Notes under the pieces: generated by a model | What the model saw: only the letters and a program-made list of their open reading frames with translations | The model's database searches: none | Told to the model about the DNA's origin: nothing | Made by a program: the position numbers and the translations under genes | Assembly: GCA_036172245.1 (NCBI GenBank) | Contig: JAYWIR010000003.1 | Location: 5,828,001-5,892,000, forward strand | Source of the DNA: Raillietiella orientalis | Lineage: Eukaryota | Length of the DNA stretch: 64,000 nt | Direction: 5' to 3' | Shown: positions 24,956-37,869 of the stretch, piece after piece | How the letters are laid out: each line of letters starts with the position of its first letter | How positions within the stretch are numbered: position 1 is the stretch's first letter

Positions 24956-27900
24956 CAAATGTGAAAGAAACGAACTTAGCGATTAGAGAAGGGAAAAAAG
25001 GCAGAAGCTCAGCGATGATGTCAAGACAGATGATGTCTCCTGAAACGGAAGATTTGGTTTTCTCTTGATTCTGAAAATGAAACAAATAGAAAATAAAAAA
25101 AAACCTTCTATTCAGAAATCGCAGAAAAAAGCCGACGAGAAAATTGAAGAGGCAGGAAGCTCCATTCTTATTTTTTTTTTTTTTTATCTCTTCATCTTTT
25201 CAAATTGCTCTTCATACGACGAACAACCTAAAAAAAATCTCGCTTCAAAATTTTCGATGATTCACGTGATGCTGGTAATCTGAAAAATTCGAAGCTTTCA
25301 TCTCTTTGGAAATGATTCGAACCTCTCTTATCAGCTGGATACGAGAAACCCAGGAAAGAAACAGGAAAGAGGTGCAGCTTAAAGCGGCGGTTTCCCGTTG
25401 CTGGAAGCACCAGCGTGGTGTCTTGGAAACGCATCTCTCGTCTAAGGGATGGATTCCGCTGCGCAACCGGCGAGAACTGGCAAAAGAACCCACGCGTTGC
25501 ACAGCTGCAAAGGCTGGCGATGCTGGGGTCGCTGCAGCCTTCGAAACCGAACAGTCTGGATTCAAAGGATTCCCTCCCTCTGATACGCCACCGTGATGCC
25601 AAGCTCCTTTGTGGAGTCTGAGAGGCATCGTTCGCGGTGCTAGGTGACATCCCGCCTCGTACTCTGTACAAGTACTCATAGTATTCTCGTCCCGTGTTCT
25701 CATGACGGTCCTGCTGCTGTCGGAAGATTTCCTTTCACTTGCCTGATGAGCAGCATGAGGAAAAATACGGCGGAGTAATGCAGTATGTCCACGGGAGGTT
25801 CGATGCTGGAACAGGGATGATTGGAGAAATGCTGCAAGGTCGGTTGGCTCCACTCAGCTTCCGTTCGCTTCTTTCCTTCCTCCTCGAACCGCTTAGAAAG
25901 AAAAGTGCAGTCTGCGGCTGAGCGCGAATCAAACGCTGGACGGAGGAGACTTTCACATCATCTGACACCAAAACACTCGCACGTGTCCGGTGAGCCTTCG
26001 GCGGACGTTCCGCTTGGAGGGAGCCCTGCTCCCCTTTTCCTTCACTTTCATACATCAACGCGGATGTCTTTTTTTTTCTCTGCACACCTTTCTCCGTCAC
26101 TCTGGTTCCCAGCTTCGGTTCTTGTCCATCTTTTCGAGACCTCAACAGGATCGGGAAGAACGGCAAGGGCCAGTGGACGTGATTGTGCTTCGGGAGGAGC
26201 TGTTCCGCGTGATGGGGAAGAGGAGCAATAAATGGGGATGAGGGGCACTCCAGTAAGCGGGAAATCATGGATACCGGTAGCAGACCGGCGTGACCTGCTC
26301 TCAATGCACAAATGAGCTCATCCATGTGTTGAGCGTGTTGTGGTCTTGGCACGGCTCAATGCGTCGTCATCATCACTCAAAGAGCTTCGTCTCGTATCGC
26401 GGCGTGGACTCCCGTTTTGTTTGTACCATTCGCTTTCATCTTATCAAGTCGTTCTTGAGCACAAACTGTTCCCAAGGCTAGGAGCGAGCACTGGCTGAAG
26501 TCGTAGCGCAAGAGAAGGGCGAGGAAGGCGAAGGAGAAAATGGCTGCCCCAAGGGCGGGCGGGCACGTGCACGTGGTTGAGAGGCACTTCTCGACGACTA
26601 CTTGAAATCTCAGATCTGATCCCCCCCCTCCACGGATCAACTCAGCGAAAAGTGAATTTGCTTACGAAACATAAGCCATGAGCGGTCACCATGGAAGCAC
26701 CATCACAGTTTGATTAAAAATCGAACCTGGTTCGGAAGTCGCTGTCCAGTATGCCTGGGGAGCTGCCACGAGCTGCAGCGAAGAGCTCATCCCAGCGTTG
26801 TCTCTCGTTCCAGCCTTCTCTACTCTTTCCGGCATCTCCCCGTCGCCGGTGACGCTTGCTCATCTCGCTGCCCTGATCGCATCGGCGCATCATATCTCCC
26901 TGAAAACGTCCAGCATGAGTTCTCCTGAAGCTTCGTGACCTTGACCCTATGCTGTAGTGGTGCCTCCTCCTAACATGCCTGCGTGTTTTAGGATCCGTCG
27001 TCGCCGCACCTGTTTTTCCGAAATGCCCTTCGTCCTGGCCGACTTCTCGTTCCCCACGCGCTCTGCAACAAAACTGCGCTCTTGCGAGTCGAATTTCTTC
27101 ACCCACCTTCATCCTCCTGCTCTCCAGCTTTCGTTGTCGTTACCACTCCTCCTCTTCTGGCATGATGCCTTTCGCTTCGCGTCTGGAGCGCGCAGAAACT
27201 TCTGGCGGCTTAGTGAAACTGCGAGAAGAGGACCGGACGTCTTGAGATTTTTAGGGTCACTCCAAACTGCCGCAGACCGGAGAGCTCGGTATCCGCCCTG
27301 CTCTTCGGGATCGCTCCCAGCAGCCCCTCAGGAATGCAAAGCTCTTCTCTTTTTCTCCTGTTTTGGGCGGCCTCTTGCTTAGAAAAACCATCCCATTTTA
27401 GAGAATCTATGCAATCAATACAATCTGTACTACATCTTGGAGATGTGCCTCCAGGTACTGATCTTCGTCAGCGAGTCACGTTCGAAGCTGCAGCGGTGAA
27501 TTTCAAGCTGATGTGCGGAGGGCGAAGGGCAGTGAGCACTGTTCCAAAAAGGAAAAGCCAAAAACATTGACCACAGCGGAAGAATGTCATTTTGTGAGAA
27601 GCAGATGCGGAAGCGGGATGAACCTGAAGATCATCACCATTCGGAGGAATCGAAGGCGGCAGCCGAAGGGAGGGAACCCTTGTCTGCAATGACGGGCTTC
27701 TGAACCCAAGAGACTCGGTCTCACGAGCGCGCGCGCGGCTTGTCGAGCGAAGAGTCACAGCTTCCAGCCTCCCGTATGCGTCACGCAGGCAGCATCCCCC
27801 ACACGTGATGCGGAGGCGTACTCTCAGAGAAGCTGAGGGCTGCCACTGCTGAACTCCATCTCACCTCGTGCGACAAACGTGATATCCCACACAGAAATCC

Positions 27901-28300
27901 TCCATCGGGAATCGAAGCCGCGTCTCGAAGTGGGCCCAGGAATGCCGATACCTGCAGCGGCGCAGCTCTCGGCCCAGCGCCAGCTGTCATGGAAAATGGA
28001 AGATTCGAGAGCGCAACGCAGGGAATTCCTCCGGCGGGACTTTGCATTTTATCCGAAGTCGTCGCGCAACCGAAGCACTTTCATGATGGAGGGAAAGATA
28101 AGCTCTGTGTTGACAGAAGATATCTGGAACAAAGGCAATAAAAAAGCGCAGTTCCCTCCCACCCGAACTTCGAAACGGAAAGGCACGTGTCTCCTGGAGA
28201 CGGAACCTAACCACAATACGCTGCAGTTCCGGAGCGTCCTCCGAGTTCCCAGGACCTCGCCAACAAAAGAGAGGCTGGAAGCAGTCAACAGGGTGATGGA

Positions 28301-29711
28301 TTCGCCTCCAACTGGGTGCGCGAGCTCAAAAGCATCGCACTCGCCTTGGACTGCTCTCAGAATGCAAAGATCACCTTGAAGACGAAGAGGGTAGGTTTCC
28401 GGGTGGACTTCCTTGCGCAGCAGAGTGAGAGGTTCCTCAGCAGTCGAGACCGCATCAGATGACGCGCCATCTCTGGGAGCCAACTACCCACCTGAGGCTC
28501 GCCTAATTGCTACGCTGGTGGGGGAGGACGCAGTGATGTTCTGGAGCGCCCCTGCAGGGATAACAAGGATAGCCATTCCTCATGCAGGCTGGAAAGAGCA
28601 GGAGCCCTGCAAATTGTAGAGCACAGATGCTGAAAAGGAAACACACTAAATTGTTTCGTCTCCCTCTGCTTGGAGATGAGCCGAAAGGCATGCCTTTCGG
28701 AGGCACAAAGAACATGAATTAAGATTGAAGGAGTCTTCTCGACTCTGGCTAAGGAAGGAATCCGTCCAAACCAGTGCAAGTGATATCCCCTTGGAGCGGC
28801 ATGAAGGAATTCTGCCTGCGCTTCAGAGTGCAAAAAGATGCTCCTTTCGAGATTCTCAATACAGGCATCCCTTGCTGGCGGAGATTGCCGTACAGTTCGG
28901 CAGTGAAGAACACAGAAGTTCCATGGAACTCCTCGAGTGTCTGAATTTGCCAAAGAGTTTCGTACCACCCTGCGATGTGCTCAACATCGAGAAGGCTGGT
29001 TCGCAATGACTTGCCAATGCCCATCATTTCTTAACAGAATACGCAAACATGAAGCCTTCCCCTCCATCTGCTGCCAACGCGATTGATGCTTCTCTGGGTC
29101 GCTGCAGTAGCAAGCCTGGAGGCGGCTTCGTGAACAAAGAAGGAAGAAAGACCTCATGTTATTTCGAAACTTCGAAAGCGTGGGATTTTCCAGGCATCTC
29201 GACTCATCCTTCTGAGCATCGAATGAGAACGCTTTCATCATCTGAGATTTCTTGGAATTCTTAGAAAGGCTTGCGAGCTTCATGCGGAGACGACTTCAGG
29301 CTGAAGCCGGACGGCTGCAGAGTCCACAGAAACTGGGCCAATGGCGCTCTGGTCCAACTAAGAAAAATGGAGGCTCTTCCTTTTACTGTGGAGGAGGCTG
29401 CCAATTTTTACAAGGTCTGAATCGAATCTCATGATTCCGAAAGCTATTCTCTGAGTCACAAAGATGTACTGATGCTGATCACGAGGCAGGTGAATCGCTT
29501 CAGTTCGAAGAATACAGAGCATCTTAATCTCGCGGAGTTCGCCTCCAGCTGGGTGCGCGAGCTCAAAGCGTCGTGCTCGCTTTGGGATCGCTCTCAGGAT
29601 TCAGAGATCCCCTTGGAGACGAAGAAGATACGTTCCACTGTGGACCTTCCTTCCGCAGCAGAGTGAGAGTTTCCTCGGCAGTCGAGCCCGCATCAAATGA
29701 CATACCATCTC
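28301..29711. repeat. Diverged direct duplication (~28301-28473 vs ~29538-29711)
   Basis: ttcgcctcca.ctgggtgcgcgagctcaaa...gcagcagagtgagag.ttcctc.gcagtcgag shared by both copies. Confidence 0.9.
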
Positions 29712-32088
29712 AGGAAGTTGCGTCAAGGCCAACGATCCAGAGAGAACCCTTCTCAGAATGGCAATTGATAACACACTTTTGAGTATTCCTTTTTGGTCAC
29801 ACAAAAAGGAGACACTCAAAAGCACAGCTATTGGTAGGTATTATTTGTTGTGATGATCCAAGGAAATGGAAGAAGCAATCGAAAAGGAATGGTGAGAAAT
29901 TCAATTTTTTTCAAGATGGAATTTCAACTGCAACATGGCGACTAGGAAGGCTAGGAAGACAGTGGATCTCAAATCTCAGCACAAAAATTTTCTCATTTTA
30001 GAAAGAGAGTGGTCCTGCAAAAGTATTTTTTCTATTCTCATGGATCGCCTGGAAACACAACCTTTCATCTGAAAGTATCAGTTGCTAAGTGCCAGTGCCC
30101 AAGAGGGAATTCAGAAATTCAGAAAAAGCGACTCTTGCGTGACCCTCGAGAAAATTGAAACACTCCCGACGCAGGTATGCCGATTTTAGAGAGAAGCATC
30201 GAAATAAAAGTCATAAAATGATCTGATTGTGATAATTAAATCATAGAATACACCTCTGCTTTATACTTTTCACTTTTCCAGAGATTCCTGCATCCACCGT
30301 GTGCGGGCAAGTCCGTGGAACACCGAAGGAAGTAGTGAAGGACCGTGTCTGAATTTTCACAAGTTCCATCTTCATTATTTGAGGTATCGGAGTCCCAATT
30401 CAAGATAATGGGATGACCGTCAGATTGCCGGATGGTTCCCGTACTGTTCTTACTGAGGCTTCCTTTTATTAACGAGTCTTCTGCACGTGGGCACAAGTCT
30501 CATAATTCTGAACGTCTGCGGACTGAACCACCTGAAGGTCAGGGTGGCAGTGCTGTGGCGCCACCTACATGACTTTTCTGTTCTTGTATTTCTACTTGTA
30601 CTTAAATTCGTTAGAATTTTTTTATCCGTGATCAGAGAGGTGAATACCCGGTGATCCCATTTGGTGCGCTACCTTCCAGAGCGCGAGTTCGAACCACAGA
30701 AAATCCGTAAACAAGAAACTCATTCAAGTTCCTTCGGATTCCTCTGAAGAATACTCAGGCATTAAGAGCGATGGGACCAGTAGAGAGCTAACATTTTCTT
30801 GATGGAAATTCCATACTCGAGAGCAACGTCAACTTTGGATTGGATCAAACTCCCTCGAAGAAATGTTTTGGCAAAGGCAAGCACATCCACCTGCTTCGGA
30901 GGACATCCACTGCAGAAAACAAGGACACTACTCTGAGGTGGTCCAGACTAGTGCGTTTGCAGGGATACTTGCATTCCTCGAGTACTTTCTGCTCTTCAGC
31001 TCAACTTGGAGGCAGGAGATGAGGATGGACGCAAAATAACGGCGTCGTTCGACACACGCGTGCTTCTTTTCTTCGGGAAGCAGCACCCGAATTTCAAATC
31101 GGAGACTTGTGTGGTCGTTTGCGACGATCACTTCGCTTTTGCCACAATGTACAACAAGGACAACGTACACAGGAAACACAGAGCGGCGTCCTGCCGCCGT
31201 CTCGGAGTCAAACAAAGAAAGACTTTAAGCACTCCAAGGAACTCGGAAGTGGAATCGTACTGAATTTCGAATTGAAATTCGGAAACTCGCAAACATTTCT
31301 GTCAGCTGGAAGCGGCAGATCGTGGCTGGAGACTATACTAACTTGAATAAACAGTCAATCATCAGCTAATAGATGATAATGTTACTTCTCTGAAGTTCTT
31401 GGCTTCCTCTATCCCTGGGCCCCCAACGCTTCTCTCGGTTCTTCCTGGGGAGCATGACTGATCACCCTCATGAAGAAAGTGCAGTGGTCATAAGCAACTG
31501 ACGATGCTTTCATTCCTCGAAAGAAGAAGACCGGACTGAGTTCGTCAAAATTCTAGGTAACGGTTCTTCTATAAATAAAAATCACGGTTTTCATTCTCTA
31601 TTACTCTAGGTATTAGAGCCTTAAGATTGGAACGAAAGCTTTATGAGTGTTTGTCCTTCTAAAAGGCACAACGGACCCCAGCGGCAGTCCAGTGAAAGAG
31701 AAACAAGTAAGCACAATCTCTTATTGCCTTGACGTGCTATCACTTGACCAGGCATCGAGAGAAATGACCTTTGCAAAGTAAGCGCGAACCATCCGATTTC
31801 AAAGAAAGTTTCAAGCGTTGAAGCGACGGCTTTCGAAAAATCTACACAACGCACAGAGCATTTTGCATGCCATTCTTTCCTCGTACTCTCCAAGTTCCAG
31901 AAACGAAGCAACTCTGCGCAGTCAAAAGTCTCAAGAAAGAATGGATCCCAGGAGCTGCATGATCCGTGTAACCGTGCTGCCGTTCGATCTTGGTTTGACA
32001 AATTACCTGTGCACACTGGGAATCGAATCCGCCACAGCGTACTGGACACAAGTGGAATGCGTCATGACGAACACGATACTTGGAAACG

Positions 32089-32350
32089 GGTCAGCAGTTT
32101 TGTTGCGCCCGGAAGATGTACCCATGAGGAATCTTTGCGTCTCACAGTCTTTCTGAACCACTGCAAGAGGATCCGGTTGACCAAGAGGACGCAGGAAAAC
32201 TTCAATGAGACTTTGAAATGGGCGCTTCGCCACGGTCAGCAGTTTTGTTGCTCCCGGAAGATGTACCCATGAGGAATCTTTGCGTCTCACAGTCTTTCTG
32301 AACCACTGCAAGAGGATCCGGTTGACCAAGAGGACGCAGGAAAACTTCAA
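32089..32350. repeat. 117-bp direct duplication with a 28-bp spacer
   Basis: 32089-32205 and 32234-32350 differ at one base. Confidence 0.97.
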
Positions 32351-34439
32351 CTCTGCAAGTTTTTGATTTTCATCCTGGTAAAGGAACAAAAAGGCACTCT
32401 TAGAAGACGCTACACTGTATGAACTTTACACGATCTTCCATTTTTCGGGGTGATGATTTTGTTAATGAGTTGGTATCCATCAGTGATTGCATCCAGCTGA
32501 AGATTCCTCTCTGCGTCGGCACAGAGACCGGCGAGAACGATTTCGTTTCTGCGCAGAGCACTCCAGTGATGTGTGGCGATCATTTTCCGGGATCGAAAAA
32601 GAGTGGCATTCAACGATCCACCACAGGATTTTGCATCCTTCGTGATTTCATCTTCTCTCCGTGGGAAGCGAAACGCAAAGCTCATTAAAAAGAGGACCTA
32701 AGTAGTCTCTGGGAATCGCTGGCAGTTCTTTGTCATCACGAACTTTCCGAGCAGCCGGGATGTGTTTTATGAATGTTTCGAAAATGGATCCGAGTCGTGC
32801 GCACCAAGGCGTGGGCCGATCGGAGCGTGACCTGGGCATTGGACATTTCCTGCCCGTCGTGTGTGTGCTGTGCACTCTCTCTGCGCCACACAAAACGGAA
32901 AACACAAATCTGCGCTCGGCAGTGCGAGCGATTCGACGGAGAGGCGGACGCTCGCGAGTTCACGCAAATCCTGTCCCCGATGGCATCCCGGCTCCATCCA
33001 AGGAGGCTGCCTTTTCACATGGGCAGAGAACGGTGGTTCCATCGTGCCCGTGGTTCCAGCAGAACGTGGCGGGGGGGTGGGGCTCAAGAGTGCCGATATA
33101 CTTTGTTCGCAGAAAGTGAGGCGGACTGAGGGGGAGGGGCTCGCCTTGGAATTCTCTCGGGTCCTCGGATAACTTCGTCCTGCGGCCTGCTGACGCCGGA
33201 AAAAATTGCAAGCAAAGGAACTGATAAAAGGGGAAAAAATAATCGCCATTTTAGCAGTGCGTGTGATAAACCGGTAAACTACCAAAACCGCGAAATGGTG
33301 GTCATCCGACACGTAGAGCAATTTATCATTAAAATTCCAAGTGAAATGGAATTTTTGGATCATACAGACAGTAATGAAAGGCTTGTAAATAATCGTGCTA
33401 TTGATACGATATTTTCCCTTACATCCTTTACGTATTACTCATACAGGTAATATCAATTTATTGCACTGGAACAAAAATATCTACCAATTTATTCGATAAA
33501 TGATTCAAAGAGAAGCTCTGTAACTCTCCTTCCTTATGGATCCATGACCTGTATATGATCTAAGGAGCGAATTTCGATTACTTTCCAAACCCTCTATGAA
33601 ACTATGGAATTTTTAATACTGACTGGTACATACTTATGTTTAAAAATATTCGAATGACATGAATATTCATGTTCGAAACATTAAATAAGTACGTTGAACC
33701 TTCGACGCTTCCACAAATAAAAGGCATCTTTTTATCATTCTTCCTCTTCTTCTTAAGATATAATCACAGTCGTTGCTTTGAAATTCCAGGCGCACAAACA
33801 TGTGAGAGTCAGCAACATTCAGTTCAGAATTCATCTCGCAGTGGGGTGTGCTGTCATCCAGTGAAGCACGGGAAGCTGCATGCTCAAATGATGCCAGATG
33901 CGAATTAAATGCTGCAGAATTACGCTTCCGGCTTCATTTCCATCTCAAGCACATCTTCCACAGGAGACGGTACGAGTCATGGGCAAACAAAGTCTCTACG
34001 ATCTCATTTCTAGTTTCATCATCCACCCTGTACCATTGCCGTATCATTTCCACTTTGTAAAAACTCATCAGCAGCTGACTGAGATTTGCTTGGGGCTCTA
34101 CCAAAGCTCTCCTCTTTGTGCCATTCGGTTGCCACCGACTCGCTTGCTCCAGTTTGTTCCGTGTGCAGCAAAGAATGAGTCCTCCGAATGCTCGATTTCC
34201 TGTACGGACGCTGCTTGTACAGTGTCGTTCGCCGGGAAAGAAAGGGACCGAAACCCAACACGGTTCGATTTATTGGCATTTGCAAAACAGGTGTGCATTC
34301 CATGTCATTGCGAGATTTCCTTTGGTGTATTGCGGAAAAAACACCCTCATGGACCCCATTCACTCCTCTGCAAACGAGAACTAGCGCTCTTCTCCAGTCA
34401 TGGTAGGTTATAGGATGCGCCGGTAGGATCCTTCCAGGA

Positions 34440-35347
34440 ATGATAGCATGAGGAACACGGATCACAAGAACGGTTCGCCCACACGATTCCGTCCACGGGA
34501 AACAGGTCCACTTCATCTGGGTACTTTTTCCTAGCATGGGATGGACGCGGAGGAAATCTGGAAACCGTTTCATCAGAAGCAAAGCAAGTAGCTCAGCATC
34601 CTGGCCCCACCAGAAAGGTGGCGTATCAGATGGTAAGCTGATAAGAACACATTTTTTCATTGCATATTTCTCGTTCCTACAAGATATATCCCCGGAAGCA
34701 TAGTTCCTGTCCTTCCTTCTAGGTCATAATCCTGTTGCCTCATCTTCTCAGGGGGACTGTTGCTGTTCGTTCACATCCAAATTTTCCCATGGGTTGCGGG
34801 CGTCATCAGGGATTTGACCCAGCCGGTGCGTCCGGCACACGTCCCTGCCGCTTCGTATTGGTGACGGTACCATTAGCTTTCTCATCTTATCCGTGCATCT
34901 TTCCGGGATGCCTATTCCCCGTATTACTCCATCATTCCTTGGATCCCACGTACCAGGGGCTTCTATCACAAAGACAGGTACAGTATATTTTATGTCTTTC
35001 GCGAAGATGGATGTTGCAATTGCTTGATGTTTTTCTTCCTCCTTCCTTCTGACGGTGCAAAAGGTTTCTCCGCCATTTTCAAAAAGGAACGCATTATCTG
35101 ATGCCCCCATTTTGTCGTCCTTCTGGAGCACTAAATCCGGGAGTAGTGTGGAATCCGCTCTTGGGACCTGTTGATTCTCCGAGATCGCTATTCATTCTGC
35201 GGAGTGAAAGCATGGAGATGGCGGATCACAAAAGCGATTGGTCTACACGATTTCATCCACAGGAAACTCAGGTCCATCTCATCTAGATACTTTTCCCAGC
35301 ACGGAATGGACGCAGAGGAAATCTGGCAACCGTTTAGTCAGAAGCAA
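34440..35347. repeat. Diverged direct duplication (~34440-34581 vs ~35202-35347)
   Basis: cggatcacaa..acacgatt..tccac.ggaaac..aggtcca..tcatct..atggacgc.gaggaaatctgg.aaccgttt..tcagaagcaa shared by both copies. Confidence 0.88.
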
Positions 35348-36365
35348 GAGGTCTGCACGAACACCAAGGAGGAAAATCTAAAGATCTGGCAGAGCAAACG
35401 AATCTGGAGATGCTCGAAAATTCCAAAGTGAGTAATGGATGGAGGAAGAGTCGCACGCGCTCTTTCCTGTAACAACGGTAGCCACCCGGAAATGGTAACG
35501 CTGGTAACGTCATTGCCGAATAAAGTAGGGAGTTCTCTTGCAACATTGGAGGAGTCGAAAAACTCCTGGGAGACGGGAAGTAGAGGAGGGAGTTGGCGGT
35601 GGACGGCGCCACTCCTCGTCTCCGGGTAAAGGGACTGCTTCGGTGGAGTAAACAGCTTGGTGTGTCTCCCGAAGAACTCGTGGCCCCTCCCCTGTGTGTA
35701 AACACTGCCGTGTTCCCACTCCGGTGGAAACAGGATGTTCTGCTGTTTCTGCACTGAAGATTCCAGTGCAACCAGCACAGGCACATGGTTTCTGGAAGAG
35801 TTGCCTCCCCGAACTGTTCCGAGTAAGGTGCGGTGGAATTTTGTTGAACTGCAGTGCCCCCGAGGGCTTGTGGCAGAGATTCGCTCCGGCTCTCAGGCAG
35901 CCGCAGGACATCATTTGGACATGGCGGCGATTCTCCTTCACTCAAGGCGGGCTGAAGACGGCCGCTGTGATGGCAACCATCTGTTGCATTCGAGCCACAG
36001 TGACAGCCCGCCTCGTGTTGGAATCAACTTCGCGACGAAGAGAGGTCACCAGCATCGCGACAGACCTCATGAGGTGGCCTCATCTACAGGAATAAGTCAC
36101 CAGGAGATGTTTACTGACCAGAGCCACTTCTAGAAAGGAAGGAACGTCATTAACCAAAGACCTTCGTCCCCACTTTCCCGTCTTTTTTTCACTTGTACTT
36201 TGTCCCCTCCCTCCGTTCCCAACTTTTTGGAAGCCGGTCTGCGTGCTAGTGGTCATCCCGGTTAAACTTTTTTTTTTTGTTTTTCAGGCGTTTCTTTTTC
36301 AGGGTGCTCTTCTCCCCTTCTTTCTTGTAGCTTGTTTTTTGTTTTGTTTCGTTCTGTAAATAAAA
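35200..36365 (+). mobile_element. Decayed L1/Tx1-like LINE 3' end
   Basis: CKHCRVPTPVET..FW followed by an ORF2-end-like helical stretch, a T-rich 3'UTR containing ggtctgcgtgc (also in the other 3'UTRs) and AATAAA near 36360. Confidence 0.55.
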
Positions 36366-36408
36366 GGCCTGGAGTAACCGGGTAACAACCAAATGATGAA
36401 GTACGCGA

Positions 36409-37826
36409 CCGCAGCCACACGCTCGCACTGGCGGCCGTGTGGGTGCGGCCTCTGCGCGAGACACCACGCGTTGCGGGTTTGAATCTCCACGTGGAGAATG
36501 GACGCCGAGAATGGGGAGTGAGTCATGAGTTTCGAGTCCCCACTGCGCGCAGGATGACTCTGATTGGTCTGATAGGCTTCGGGTGCGACACTGGTTGACA
36601 CCCGGTCGCGCCGGGGCGTTTCTTTATAAAATAAACAAACACGTCTGTGGCAGGACGTTTGATCCTGCCACGTTACTTGTAACTATGAGTAGGAATCTGC
36701 CAGGATCTGGCACGCAGATCAACGGGGTCGCCTCGGCAGCACCAGGGATGGGGAGATAAACAAAAAGAACAGCAGAAAACATACAGTTCCCAAAACGGGG
36801 GAGCTCGGGAAGGGATCCGTGTGTGCTGGACGATGTCCTCTGCATCCTTGTAAGAATGCCGGCAAGTTCCTGTTTTAGGATCACCAGAGAAGCCATCTTC
36901 ATGAAGAGGGCAACAGAATAGATGGTGCCCCTGTCGTCCTGGCCTTCTCTGGAGCTTCTCGATGTGGTCACGATCCCGCCTCGTGGACAGCAAAAAGTGC
37001 TTCTGTGGATGAGGCCGGCGTGGGGGCGTCGCGCAAGAAGAGGCGCTTTGAAACCTCCCTGGGGTTGCCGCCTGAAGTTCCAAGGCTCGAGACAAAGCGT
37101 CCCCAAAAGGACCAGAGGGCAACACAGTCCACTGGGAGGTGCGGAAGGGATTTCCGTTCCCTGCACCGTGCACAGTTCGGGTCCACTTCTCCTCCCCGTG
37201 TCCAGTGATGCCGACGGATGCGGCACTGGTGGAAACCCGATGTCGCCGCTGACTGGCCGCGATTGACAGCTGACCCTATGGGGTCCCTTCCAGGAACCAA
37301 GGAACCGGTTTCCCATGGTGTTCACTTCCGGTTGTGAAAGTGAAGTCGTCTCCTTCCCTCTTCCCAAGTGAGCGTACCCTCCATCAAACACCATGGAGCT
37401 GGTTGATTGATGCCTCTCTAGAGTGTCAAGAAGTGCTCTGCTTCCTTCAGGGAGAGGACCCTTCGGAGAAATTGGGAAGCATCCCTTCGTGATTCTCTTC
37501 AAAGGAAACACGGAGCGGTTCCCTTGCGAGTTCCCTTTGGAGAAGAAATGAAGAGAAACCCCGTCCGGAGAGAATGAGGAAAAGATTTCCTTCGCAGTCC
37601 CCCTACCAAGCAAAAGAGGATCGGATTCCTTTCTCTGGAGCCTTTCTGGACTCATAGACCTAAATAACCTAAACAGTGGTACGCACCCTCGGGTAGCGTG
37701 GACTGAGTCAAGGAGCTCTGTGAATCCCCCCCGCCCCTAGGGGATCAGACAGTTCTTTAGCACTTGGCAAATCCTACCCTCTCCCCCTCCCCTTAAAAAA
37801 AAAAATAAGCTGAAAAAGAAAAAAAA
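36409..37826 (+). mobile_element. Composite element: dimeric tRNA-like head + antisense L1/Tx1 ORF2 3' end + A-rich tail
   Basis: A-box-like 36429-36442, B-box-like ~36476-36486 and ~36528-36540. The minus strand encodes HWTRGGEVDPNCARCRERKSLPHLPVDC (zf-RVT-like). Ends aagctgaaaaagaaaaaaaa. Confidence 0.8.
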
Positions 37827-37869
37827 ACTGGAAGGAAAGCAGCAGAAACAGAAGAACCCAAAAGGATTT

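Noticed and set aside
32089..32350. CRISPR repeat-spacer-repeat
   Set aside because: The repeat is 117 bp, there are only two units, no cas genes, and the context is eukaryotic.
36624..37655. 343-aa ORF (and the 349-aa twin at 53110-54159) as a novel protein gene
   Set aside because: The zf-RVT motif lies in a different frame, the 5' parts shift frame between the copies, and the ORF runs through the 3'UTR. Shared openness is explained by recent copying of GC-rich DNA.
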